Shown: piece by piece, positions 51,171 to 63,800 of the stretch
Layout of the letters: the number at the start of each line of letters is the position of its first letter
Position numbering within the stretch: the stretch's first letter is position 1
Assembly (NCBI GenBank): GCA_002633005.1
Contig: NMRA01000263.1
Span: forward strand, 24,692-88,691
Origin: Phoronis australis
Taxonomy: Eukaryota; Animalia; Phoronida
Reading direction: 5' to 3'
DNA: 64,000 nt
Translations under genes and position numbers: made by a program
The notes under the pieces: model-generated
Databases searched by the model: none
The model's input: the letters and a program-made list of their open reading frames with translations, nothing else
Told to the model about the DNA's origin: nothing

Positions 51171-52649
51171 TCCCACGTGACCGGAGTTCCCGCCGCTAAA
51201 AATCACCAGCATCATCCCATAGAAGGAGACGAAACGTCTCCGAGCATTTAGAAATTAGGTAAGTCTAAATGCAGTCTAGCAGACCAGATTCAAGTAACAA
51301 CAGTATGCAATTCTCGGGTTGCTTAAAAACCAAATTTTATAACCTGGCTTAATGTTACAAACGAAATTAAGAATATAAGCACGTACCTCAAACTTCAAAT
51401 GATAACATGTTATCGAGGAGGGTAGAGAAGAAGTAGCCAATTAATTGACCAGCAGGTTAGACTAGTGATAGAGTCGTAAGACTGAATAAGGAACCGTTGA
51501 GGGGGAGGTTACGAGGCAATACTGATACATATTACATTTTACAAAACTGTTTAGACCCAAATGAATGATTGTGGGAAGCAGGGAAGAAATGATGACGTGG
51601 GTCAAAAATGAGTAATTACGGGGGACGATACAGGAAATACTGACACTGCGTTGGATCACACAGAGTGGGAGGTTGAGGATCTGGTGAGGTAGCAAACTGA
51701 TTGGAGTTGGAAGAGGGGACAAGAGACTCGCGCTTGAGGCATTTCTTACTTGGATAGTTGGAGTTACGTGTGGAACAGAGCTGATGAGCAACCAGGAAGA
51801 GAGCTTGGGGACACGAACCAAAGTACCATTTTAACGACAGTCACCCGGAGTGTTTGTTGATTGTTGAGTGTGTGAGTGGGGAGAGGAATGGATTGGAGAT
51901 TGCTGGGATTTAAATGAAGTTTGGACTCAAAAATCTTGATTAATCATTTGCGAAGGGTATTGAATCCTCTGTTGTGGTTTTCTAATTTGCAGGTAAAAGA
52001 TGGCATGTTGAAAACAGAAGGTGTGTATCAAGTTGAGAATGGTGTGGGCTACTTAACTGATCATGATGTGGGCGCTTGGTGTATATAGGCCTATGACAAA
52101 TTCAGTGGACGAATGGAATATGACTTTCTAGTTTCAGTTTTATTAACTGGTTTTTCGCGGACATTTGTTAAGATCAAAGCATATGAAAAATATAAATGAC
52201 ATCATTGGTGAATTCTAGTGCATGCAATCACTACTCAGAAGTTCACGTTGACTAATGCGAGTAAGTTCATTTTCTATTTCGTCCACACCGTTACTATTTC
52301 AGCTTCTAAGGTCATCATGATCAAACCTGTTTTGCTTTCGTGTTTTTTTTAACTTTACTTATCTAGACGAGTTTCAATCTATTACTCATGAAGAATTTAA
52401 ACGTCAATGATGAAACGGACTCCAACGAATATGAGGACGAAAACTGAAAGCGTGCTGTGAAGTAAATATTTTAAAACCACGTCTACGTCGCTTTTGTAAG
52501 CAATAAAACAAAGAAACTGATCACAATCTGTAGACAAATGTCTTCTCTTTAATGGTATTAATTATTTTCTTCTCTTACTGTTTAGGTGGCTGAAAATCAA
52601 AAATCGAAATACGTCTTTTACCCTCGTCAACTTGGTTTCGTAATTAACC

Positions 52650-54727
52650 TTTCCGTGATAGGACTCTATTTCCGTTACTGACAATAAAAGTGAAACCATC
52701 TGCAACTAACAAAAACGTTGCCGAGTTTATGCGGGTTGGTCGCCCCCTTGGGCTGACGAGACGAAACCTTATGCCAGTAGAAATGATAATGCCCAGAGCT
52801 ACCAACCAGGGCAACATACTTGGTACTAAGAGTCTTATCCTCACTAGTCACAAACCCGACGGCACTGCCATACACACGAAGCAGCTTGTCTGCGTCACTG
52901 ACGATGCCACGAAAATGTTCCTCAGCCGGTAAACATGTGTCGATCTGCAGCATATATCCCAGGACTTCCCCACGATTGGAGACATTGCCCTGAACACCGT
53001 CTCCGACGTTGTGCACGAGCTCCCACCTTGTGGTTGTCCCCTCCGTCAGCAACCACCCCCTCTTCCAACCGATTTGCCATGTCCCCCGACTGAGGACAAT
53101 CGACTACAACTTGAACAATACTTGCGTGATCTCTACAAAGCCAGCACCTTCAACGTATGCCCCCATCAACGCCTTCCTTGCATGAGTGGCCCCCCGATGC
53201 GTCTCATGATCGACGAAACCGCCACTCCTGTCCCGCACCATACCCCGGTGCCTTTACCCCTACACTGGCAAACCGAGGTGAAGGCTGGCCTTGATAACGA
53301 CGTCCTCCTCAACGTCATTGAGCCTGTACCCGTGGGCGAGCCCGTGACCTGGTGCCACCTCATGGTAGTCTGTGCCAAGAAGAATGGTAAACCACGCCGC
53401 ACGGTCGACTTACAACCGCTCAACAAATACGCCCTCCGAGAAACCCACCACACACGCTCCCCGTTTCATCAAGCCTGATCTATACCACCCGGAACCAAGA
53501 AGACCGTGTTCGTTGCCTGGAACGCTACCATAGCATCCCCTTTGTGAAGCCGATCGACACCTCACCACCTTCATCATCCCATGGGGACGATATCGATACT
53601 GCTCAGCACCCCAAGGATACATTGCCTCCGGTGATGCCTACACCAGACGGTTCGACGAGATCGTCAGCGAAATGCGTTGATGACGCCTTGCTCTGATCGG
53701 AGAGCCTCTCGGACAGCTTTCACCAGGCCTGCCAATGGCTTGATGTTTGCAGACGCAACGGCATAGTCCTCAACCCTGACAAATTCACTTTTGCCCAGGA
53801 GACCGTTGAATTCGCTGGGTTTGAAATTACAGCTGACAGTGTTAGGCCAAGCAAAAGCTACCTTGACAGCATACGCAAATTCCCCGCCGCCAAGAACATA
53901 ACTGACATCAGGTCTTGGTTTGGCCTTTTAAATCAGGTGTCGTACGCGTTCAGCGTGACGGACGAGATGTTGCCCTTTCGTGCACTGCTCAAGAAGGACA
54001 CTCCGTTCCACTGGGACGACGCTCTCCAGAGGCTGTTTGACGACTCCAAAGAGAAAATAATCACCGAGATCGAGGAAGGTGTGCGCATATTTGACAAAGC
54101 TAAACCAACTTGCCTTGCTACCGTCTGGTCAAAGACAGGCATTGGCTTTTGGCTCCTGCAGAAACACTGTACCTGTCCTATCAGGCTACCTTTCTGTTGC
54201 CCTACTGGATGGAAAGTTACCCTAGTTGGCAGCCGGTTTACCCACTGAGCTGAATCTCGTTATGCACCCATTGAGGGAGAGGCTCTGGCGGTGGCCGATG
54301 CTCTTGATAAGGACAGGTTCTTCGTCCTTGGCTGTGAGGACTTGACGGTAGCCGTAGACCATAAATCCCTGCTCAAGATATTCTCAGAACGCGCCTTAGA
54401 GGACATACCGAACGTGCGGTTACGCAACCTCAAGGAAAAGACGTTGAGGTACCGTTTCCAAATCGTACACATCCCTGGCATACGTCAAAAAGCCGCTGAC
54501 GCCCTGTCCCGACACCCTACTGGACCCCCCACTAGACTTATGCTCCCTGACGACATGACGGAACCCGACGGTGATGTAGACCTCACCATACAGACCTCCG
54601 CTGTCTCTGCCCTAAGCAACGTGCAATGTACCACCTGGGACGACGTACGGGAGGCGAATAGCAGCGACCCCGACTTCAGCCGCCTTCTCGACATCATCGA
54701 ATCTGGCATTCCTGAGGAGCGCAGCCA
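52650..54727 (+). mobile_element. Ty3/Gypsy pol internal fragment (end of protease, RT, RNase H), inactivated
   Basis: VIEPVPVGEPVTWCHLMVVCAKKNGKPRRTVDLQPLN, TPFHWDDALQ, GIGFWLLQK, YAPIEGEALAV, VAVDHKSLLKIF, IPGIRQKAADALSRHP; several stops and frameshifts; GC-richer than flanks; no flanking LTRs seen. Confidence 0.9.
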
Positions 54728-54750
54728 CTTAGGATTTGACTGGCATAGTT

Positions 54751-55077
54751 GTGGTCGGTGTACAACTATTATTAAAATCTCTTGGTCTATTTACACCGAT
54801 CTCCTGTATATTTAAACTGTCACGACGTTCCTGTCGGTCTATTCTCCGGCCCTCGTTAGGTGTTCCTGCGTTCTGAGCTTGGATATGTGGTGCACTCCTC
54901 ATTGTGTGATTTTTTGTTCAAGGCAGGATTTGAACCAACGACTTCTGAAACTACAGATATATTTGAGTCCAGCACCTTAACCACTACATCACGATGGGCG
55001 GAGAATAGACCGACCGAAACGTCGTGACAGCGTAAATAGACCAAGAGATTTTAATAATAGCTGTCACACGCCACCAC
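54751..55077. mobile_element. Fold-back MITE with ~80-95 bp arms enclosing a tRNA-like sequence
   Basis: Left arm ctattattaaaatctcttggtctatttac...ctgtcacgacgtt..gtcggtctattctccg is mirrored by cggagaatagaccgac..aacgtcgtgacag.gtaaatagaccaagagattttaataatag. Confidence 0.75.
54916..54999 (-). pseudogene. tRNA-derived sequence (pseudo-tRNA or SINE head)
   Basis: Minus strand gcccatcgtgatgTAGTGGTTAAGGtgctggactcaa...gttGGTTCAAATCCtgccttgaac has A- and B-box-like motifs, but the acceptor stem pairs poorly. Confidence 0.5.
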
Positions 55078-55702
55078 CTCAGAGCGGTTTTAGAAGGTCC
55101 AGTGTACGTCACACATTGTTTAAGAAAGGAACCTTCAGATGACATTCATAATTTTCTATCGGGGTATAGATGGGAAATTCCGGGTGCTAGTCGATTTTCG
55201 CGACGATGAACACTTTATGAGGTCACAGTAAGAATACAACGTCGTTTCAGATGTACTGGGCTATCTAAATACATGTAGTCCTGGAACAGAAAACAAACGA
55301 TGGGCAGAGAAGTTTTCTTGCCTATTGTACTACAGCTAGTAGTAATTACCTTCTTTTTGCTCCCAATTTCCAAAATATGAACATACTTCGTACCTTATGA
55401 GTTCAATATGACATTGTTTGATATGTGTATTGTAGGAATTTTTGTCCTACAGAGAGGGCACACGATTTTACTAAAAACAAAATAGTCAGAACATGAGTTG
55501 TTTGGGAGAATTTTAAGAGCTTGATTGTAGAAGACCAATGTATGCGCGCGTCGTTGATAGCTCTTTGAATGAACGTGAGGTTTGTTGTGGTGACTCGTGT
55601 ACTTTAATTCGAATGTAAATTAATAAAATCTTAACCCCTTTTGCAGTTTGGCAATTCATTGATGTGGTCAGAGTGGTACTCTTAGCGTCTTGCATGGAGC
55701 GA

Positions 55703-56835
55703 ATTTGCATAGCTGTGCACGAGTAGAAAAGGACTGTCGAGAAAATCAGTCAACAAGACCTGTTTGACAGCCTCACAGGCGTTTTCAGTGGATCACACAG
55801 GTACAGGCATTTTCTAAGCATTTCAGACTCAGTGCTCAACTAATCTTGATACCAAAGTGATCCACTGAAAGGAACTCTTAAAGTGTTTTTAGAACACTTC
55901 AAATTGAAGCCCTGTCTATGAAAGCGGGAGTACGCAGAGGTTAGATCAGTCGTTTTGTGACTTCAGTTTTTTGCATAACGAATTTCTATAAAATCTTCTT
56001 CTTTCAAATGTTCGTGAGTGCAAATGTCTGATGGGCAAAATCCTGGCTAATACTCTGTCCTGCCCCCCAACTCAAAATCCTGGATCCGCCCCGGAAAGTC
56101 TCTCCTTGTTGTCTTTGCATGCCTGGGTTCTTCAACGGACGACCTCCAACTCCAACTACGAATTAATAATTAACCCCTCACTTCTATCATTACAAGTATC
56201 ATTTAAAGTCAATTAAGACTGCAATACGTACCCGTATATTGAATGAGGCGCTCAGTAATATATTTCGTATATGTTGGTCAGACCTTCCTGTTGAGGTAGG
56301 TGTTTTGGACGTCATACCTTCAATGTAAGTTAACTTGTTTCGTTACCGTGTTGATGACTCGATTAGATTTAAAGGTAAATTGACAGGAAATTTGAAAACT
56401 AATGGTTGTGTGCATCGCTGTATCATAATCGCGATACAGATATACATTCCATGGTTGTTGGGAAAGTGGTTCTCACGGATTGGTTGTTAGAAAATTTGGA
56501 GCGCAGGTAGACTGTCAAATAACGTACTTCTCTTGTTGAGCACGAGATAGGTCTTTTCCTAAGAACTTGCTTGTGTTTTCATGTAAAGCGTATCTTCTAC
56601 AATCAGCCACAAATGTATTCATATTAACTTGACAGATCCAGCTGTCGCTTGGCCTCCTAGAGAAATGTGATTGTTTACGTTTGTCTCAGTATCTTTGACT
56701 TTTCAACGGATTTTGATAAAACGTGGCAAATACTTTCATAAGGAGACAATTACACCTGCCCATTTTCAGACAGGTCGGCTTATTCTGCGCCATCTAGTTG
56801 TCATTTTTGTGATAATAACAGCCCTGGAAGCTTAA
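55703..56835 (+). repeat. Upstream region of copy 3, paralogous to upstream region of copy 1 (6445-9507)
   Basis: Colinear blocks 55703-55780/6443-6522, ~56095-56612/6723-7253, ~56625-56835/9280-9507. Confidence 0.8.
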
Positions 56836-56991
56836 AGAAGAATGCCACCCGATTTGATTAGTCTTTTTACCGTCTTAATCGGTCTCTATCTACATCGCCT
56901 CGCATACGGTCGACCTTGCCTTGACGAGAGGTGTCGCGTTAACCTGTGAGGAAGGTGAGAGAGAAACGACGCAGCGACGTCAGTGGTTCAT
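56836..56991 (+). mobile_element. Left end of a second Kolobok-like element
   Basis: TTAA|agaagaatgccacccgatttgattagtctttttaccgtc..., ~155 bp similar to 27132-27283; the paralogous site upstream of copy 1 has a single TTAA (9504-9507). Right end not found. Confidence 0.65.
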
Positions 56992-57699
56992 CTCCACATA
57001 GATACTCGTTAAGAGATTCGCGACTCCGTCATATCTCGAGACCTAACGTGAACTACATGAGGAGGATTCATAACTTCCGGTGTGTTGGTTTTATGTAGCA
57101 ACGAAGGTAAATTTTCGTTTTTATTTTGCGCATTTCGAGCAAACTTTTGAGTTTGAAATTAACTTGCTGTGTTTTATGCAAACTTAATCGCATATGCCAG
57201 CCATACAATTCAAAGACGGATTTTTGCTATGAAACGCGCCGGAACTTACTTGAGAAATTGTTGTTGATTGGCCCGAATACTGCGACAGGTCAACATAAGA
57301 ATCGATCAATTTTGACCCAAAGAAAGGGTTGAATTAAATAGATTTATGGCACTCTGACATAAATGCTATTATTTGGGCAAATACCATTACACAGCCCTTC
57401 ATGCTTCATATCCAACTCCTAGTTAGTTCCTACCTAATCCGATGGTAGCGCTGTTTGTTCTTTCTCTCCAGCTTCCTGTTGGCCCGGCCTTAAGCAACAG
57501 TACATTCACTCGTAAGTTTTCCCAATTAGACAATTTTATACCTAGTAGACTCCTTCCCGTTCGGCGTTAGTTGTCCTGGACATAAGTTTCTTCCCGTACT
57601 TACTTTTAGCCACAGATGGCTTTTCTAACGGCGCCGATTCCTTTCGATTCTAATAGACCTCTAACTGACCCAAACCAATACCTCGCATATTTGGCGACG

Positions 57700-60540
57700 C
57701 CTCCTCACATTTAATTCTTGTGTCTAATGTTAACAAGGTATACTTTCGTGGATGTGGCAGTAGGCCTACTGGTCTCAGCGATCACAACCTGATATACACA
57801 AGTTATAAATCTATACGTCCGAAAAATCCACTTAGGATAATTACTACCCGCTCGTACCATCATAACTTTTGTAACAGGAGTGCCCTGGACATGATTATGT
57901 AAGTAAGATATATGCGCCCTCTGGTGGTCAAGCTGTGTATTATGTATGGAATTTTCCTATGATTTTTGAGTCCTTTGGATATGGCCAAATATGGTCAGAG
58001 CCTAGGAGTTATGGGCCTTACCCTTCAGATCGCGTCTGATTGGTTGAAATTGTGTACTTAAGCTTTGTCTCTGTCAGACACGAGGAGTCCATTTGCAGAG
58101 TTCAAGAAGCAAACATTTACACCTTCACTCACACCAAATTGCAACTGTTTGTGCAGCTTTCGGGCTCCTCCCGAACTTGGTTGCCAACAGTTTAGCCCCA
58201 GCAATTCTCGGACTCCTCCAGAGCTTGATTGCATCTCACCTTTCGGATCTGAATAACCAAATTGCCCCGTTCTTGCACACCGAGCACAACTATTAATCAG
58301 CGGCTGGCTTGCCCGTGTATCAGAACTGTATAAATCACAACGCTGCGATACTAAATCATGGAACAACTAAATTGCTTGTAAGTGTGAAATATTGTACTTA
58401 TATATTCTTACAATAAACCTATGTATTATTCACCAACTTTTAGTTTTCAATATCACCCTCAGTCCGCACCGGGCTCGTAAAATCGGGGCGCCTTGGTCGT
58501 AGATACCGCCCCCGTTCCACTTTGTTAGTTCTGATTTTGTTAAAGATCTACATAAGATAGACTGGTGTGTTGTTAGCACCAAGTGGTGATCCGGAGGCTA
58601 TGTGGACATAATTTAAGTAAACGTTCTGTCATGTTTTGGATAAACATGAACCTATTATCCAGGTTAGAATTAAGGGTAAATTGCCTCCTTGGTACAACGA
58701 GGAGCTAATTTTATTGTCTCGCAGACGCCATTATCTTAAACATAGGTCCTATTGCCCAACAGTCGCGTAATACTGTGACTGGAACAAATTTAAAACAACG
58801 CGTAATCTAACAAATAAGACAACAAAACAGGCCAAGGCAGATTATTATGATACATTAATTAATGACAACAAATCAAATGGTAAATGGTTATGGACAATTA
58901 TGAAGTCTTTTTTGCCAGGGAGATCGAATACTAATATCGCTGAACTGAATACGGCTGACGGCATGACATCTGATAACGCAGTCATGGTTAATACCTTAAA
59001 CGACTTTTTCACGAATATTGGCCATAACCTAGCCCGAAAATTTGGAAACACTAATCATATATTTCCACCCCAGGTCCGCGAAGAGATAGCTTTTAAATTC
59101 CATGAGGTTGACGCTAATTTTGTTTGCCAGCAACTCAAATCCATGGATGGCAATTGTGCTACTGGAATTGACGGCATAAGTACTAAAATCCTCAAAATAT
59201 CTGCCTAGACACTCTCAGACCATTAAGTCACTGATCAATTTATCATTGAAAACATCAATCATACCATCAGAGTGGAAATGGGCCGGTGTTACTCCACTTT
59301 TTACAGACGGTGACAAATCATGCTGCAAAAATTACAGACCCATTTCAATTCTGCCATCTATATCAAAAATCCTAGAAAAATGGGTCCACAAACAACTTCA
59401 TTCTTACTTCCAAACTAACAACCTCTTGTCTGATTATACAAATATGGATCAAGGATTGTTGACTGGTGCTGTATTTAGTGGTCTAAAGAAGGCATTTGAC
59501 ACCGTCGACCATACTATCTTGTTAAAGAAGCTTATGGGGTCGCCAAATGGTTTCAGGATTATCTTGGTAAAAGATCTCAAGCTACCCGTGTCGGTAAAGA
59601 TATCTCTGATATCAAATCTGTTGAAATAGAGTGCTGTGTCCCGCAGGGGTCAATTCTGGGGCCCTTGCTATTTTGCATCTTTGTCAATGATCTCCCCTCA
59701 GTAATCCAAAATTCTAAGATTGTTCTGTATGCGGATTACTCTACAACACTATCCGCAGGCAGAACCTCCTCTGAAATCCAGACCAATCTCAGCTGTGATT
59801 TAGCAATCATTTCAAATTGGCTTGTATCCAATAAATTATCCTTAAATGTGTCAAAAACTAAAACTTCTGTTTGGCACGTCCCAGAGGCAAAAACCAAACC
59901 CTGTCATTGAGTATGGATGGAAGTCCAAGTGAGAACGTGAATTCCTTTAGATATCTGGGACAAATATATGATCGAAATTTTAATTTCTCTCACCACGTTG
60001 ATTATATCTCGAAAAAGGTGTCTAAGAAAATTGGCAAATTAAAACGCATCAGTAAATTTGTGAACAGAGTAACACTGAAAACCCTTTTCGATGCTATCAT
60101 TCAACCTCACCTAGATTATTGTCTTTGGTTGTGGGGCGTTGCATCAGAAAAGGATATAAAAACCATCCGGGTTATTCAAAATAGGGCTGCCCGGATTATT
60201 ATGGGAGCTGGTGAGAGATATTTACATTGAAAACCTTCATACTGGAATGATGAAAATACACTCAAGACATAAATTCCTATCTGTTTTTGTATGTACAAAT
60301 GTCTTAAACGTCTTGTCCCAACATACTTAAGCGCTAAGTTTACGATGACTACTAATCGCTACAACACTAGGTCCTCATTGTCATGCAATTTCAATCTTCC
60401 GAAACACAGAAACGAAACTGGAAAAATCATTTTCCTACAGTGGGCCCTATTTATGGAACACTCGCCCTTTCGATGCCAAATCTGCATCATCCTTGCTAAC
60501 CTTTAAAAGAATTATAAGAAATCAATTTACATTCAATATC
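57700..60540 (+). mobile_element. Decayed CR1/L2-type LINE ORF2
   Basis: GLSDHNLIY (end of APE), LNDFFTNIG, ATGIDGI, NYRPISILPSISKILEK, LKKAFDTVDH, VPQGSILGPL, YADY, WLVSNKLSLNVSKTK, PHLDYC, IQNRAARII; frameshifted. Confidence 0.9.
57870..58519 (+). mobile_element. Solo LTR (650 bp) inserted in the LINE
   Basis: cttt|TGtaac...gttcCA|cttt: TG..CA ends, short terminal IR, 4-bp TSD (Gypsy-type); internal aataaa at ~58412; LINE coding sequence resumes across it (HHNF|VSSDFVKDLHKIDW). Confidence 0.75.
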
Positions 60541-60564
60541 CCCAGATCAGACTATTTTTTATTC

Positions 60565-60737
60565 ATGTGTGTGTATGTAGTTGTGTATTCGTGTGTATGT
60601 TTGTATTTATGTATGTATGTGAATATTTATATATGTATGTGTATGTATTTATGTATGTGTATGTATTTATGTATGTGTGTGTATAAGTGTGCATGTGTAT
60701 ATATGTATACACTGTATATGCGTGTATATATTTGATA
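60565..60737. repeat. (TG/TA)-rich microsatellite at the LINE 3' end
   Basis: gtatgtgtatgtatttatgtatgtgt... read directly; ends ~50 nt before the acceptor of copy 3's first coding exon. Confidence 0.85.
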
Positions 60738-60800
60738 TGTCTTCATCAGGTTCTCGGTCTGTTTAACAAGTAGGTATTGCTTTACCTCAGGAATCCAGCC

Positions 60801-63800
60801 ATGGAGTACAAACCATTTGGGCCTCTCGCTGAGAAAACGCTTCTTTGTATTCGAGGCCGTTTTTCTGTAACCACAGATGAAGAGATGCAAACTTCTTTCT
60901 GGGCTAAAATGAAGAAAATGGGACTAAACAAGCTTTGCGTGATACTTCACAAGACCGAGGTGAACCGCTTCTGGTGTGAAAAGATGAAGTCTTTGGGAAT
61001 CATTGATGAATTTAACGTTGACGGTCTGGTCCACGAAAAAGAAGATGGTCGTACGGTTGAAGAAATCAGTGCCGGAATAATCAAATGGCTGAATGAAAAG
61101 AATATCAATGTGAGTTATTGCTTTGAACAGCCGCCTCAGACTTTAAGTCGCAGGAACTTAACAGGTGTTCAATACTACTTGATAAACGGCCTTTACAGTA
61201 ACTAACAATAAACGATATTTGCATACCGAATAGAATACTTTTCTGCGTCTCGTTAAAAAAGAGTTGTCTGTAGACCTTAGTCCTACGTAGCCGAAAGTCG
61301 GTGACCGTCAAAAAGTAATTTTCCTTCCCACAGACCGGTGATTACTTAAAAACACGCAATTTTTAATATAGGTCTACTTGTAAAACTGCTTCCTTGTTTA
61401 ACGCACGACTTAATTGCCGAATCTACTCCGATATCATAGCCCCGAAACAGGAAATGCCACTTTTGCATGAATGGCATTCTCTAAACGCTTACGTGATGCT
61501 ATTACACTGTACAGGCAAATGCTGGCTACTTTTTTGGTGACTTCCTGAATGTGGTTGGAAGTTATGTTTTTGAAAAACTCGGCATTCCGGGGGACAGCTA
61601 CGAGAGTAACAAGGTGTGTTTACTGAAGGATCTCACGCAGGAATACGTGCTTAGAACCCCGGAAGCCGCAAAGGTAAGTGATGTTGATTTGGAAACTCAG
61701 GCAGGCGTAGGCCATCAAGCTTGTTGCATTCGTAGCAATCAATTCTATAGACGGCATTGAGAGTATCCAAAATAATGGACAGCCAGTCAAATCATCTGCT
61801 TTTTTAAGACTGACAAACTTTCTTCCAAACTGTCCAAACTTTAAGATCAAAAATATTAAACTCCTTTTTTGGATACTAGCGATGTGGTGTTTACGAACAC
61901 ACCACAACAACATTGTTTTTCAACATGTCTCTATCACCTAAAATGGCATTGATTTTTAACGCACCCATATCATGTAGCGGCAGTAAACCTCATACCCTGC
62001 ATATTAAAGATGCGTACATATCCTTGATCCTAAAGCCATTCTATTTTTGGATAACAACAGTGCTTCCTCCAAGTTACGACTCTTGTCCTGGCACCCGCTG
62101 ATTTTCTTTGTGAGTGTAATTATCATATTTGATGGTTCTGCAGGGTGTGTGGTTTCCCACTGATGATGCTTCGAGCAAAGAAACAAAAAGCCTGGACTAT
62201 GTATATAGTATGAGTTGTTGTAAACATGACAGAGTAGCGCTTATTCGTCTTCTCGTGAAGCTAATAGGGGACTGCAATTAGGCGATCAAGGTTGCTTTGA
62301 TATCGTGTAATCTGTGTTGCCCTCAGCATCTTTCTACTTAGAATCAACTTGCTCCGTTTACATGAGTGTCTTCTTCCGTTTTGTGATAGCGAAAGACGGT
62401 CACCAATCTAATTTTCTTCCAGTATAGCGTGCCTAGCTACTCTGTAAACACACAGAGAGAATTAGTGGCAGCGTTAGCCAAATTAACGTTTCCTGTTGTC
62501 ATGAAGCCTCTGTGTGGAAGCGGTTCTATTGGCTGCAAGGTTCTCTACGACACGGACAGCTGTTTAAACTTCTTTGGTGAACTGGTCACTGGTATGGAAT
62601 CTGGGGAAGGTGTGTGTGGAAAACTGTCATACAGTCAGTCGGTAAGATTTGATTTTAGTGCTTTGGGGTAGCGGTGTTGTGGTAAAGTTTTGGTTGTTAT
62701 ATATGTGTTTATTAACCATTTACGACGGCAAACACTCAAGTAGCAAGGGTAAATATATAGTTAGTTGTAAAGATGTTTCGTTTCTTATCTGTCTCATACT
62801 ATTTATACATTCATGCGTTTTTATGTCGCTCAACCTCCGGGCATTCGGCGAAAAATATTCTGGTGGTTAAGAACTTTTTCAGTTGCATGACCGTAATCTT
62901 ATTTGAGGTCAGGACAACTGAATCAAAACTATGGGACGCCTTCCGTGCACTCAACAAACTCATGAAAACAAAATCCCACTTAATGGTATTGGGATTTTGC
63001 CAAATAAATTACGCAAAATGGATAGACCCACATGTTAATTTGTCCTTCTTAAGGCCCATCGCAACACACACTGTGCTTTAATTCCGCTGCTCGTAATAGC
63101 CTGCTTGGGAATTTTACTAGTGTTTTAATGTCTTGTAATCTGTCACGTTTTCACGGAAACTGGTTTACTTCCAAAGCATTCTTTTCTTATGCTTTGCTGG
63201 GTGCGCGAATGGAATCGTTTACTGAATATCTCTATTTACTTCAGGTGCTGGTTATGGAATACCTGAAAGGTGCTAAATATTCAGTTGACGTGGTGATTTC
63301 CCGGGGAAAACTTGTTGGAGGCTTCGTTGTTAAGAGAGGTCCTCCCCCACTTCCGGAATTTTGGAGCACTTCTGTCATCATTCCTGGAGGTGATTCAGAC
63401 AAAGTGAATGAGGAACTGGTTGAAGCTTCGTATCAATGTTGTCGAGCCGTCGGTCTTCGCCACGGGGTCTATAACGTCGACTTAATCCATGACAAAGGTG
63501 ACGAGTCGCCAAAGTTACTAGAAATCAACCCACGTCCTGCAGGTAATATGTTGGTTATATTACTTCGAGAAGCGTACGCTAATGATACTAAGGTCATACA
63601 TACGAAACTCTGCTGTAGCATTGAACTTTCTTTCGATGAGACGGAGATTGAGCCGAAAACACACGTGGCTGCCTATTACATCTATTTGGTCAGACGCAAA
63701 GAGAAGTTGAAAACAGCTTATGGCCACATGTTATCAAATGCAAAGGAATACGGAGTCAGGATGCTGAATCAAGGACCTAAAACTGCGGCAGAAATGATGA

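Noticed and set aside
52650-58519. Gypsy pol fragment and solo LTR as one element
   Set aside because: The LTR has its own matching TSD inside a LINE 3 kb away, so it is an independent insertion.
60493-60890. C/M/Y/V-rich and H/I/Y-rich ORFs
   Set aside because: Translations of the TG/TA microsatellite.
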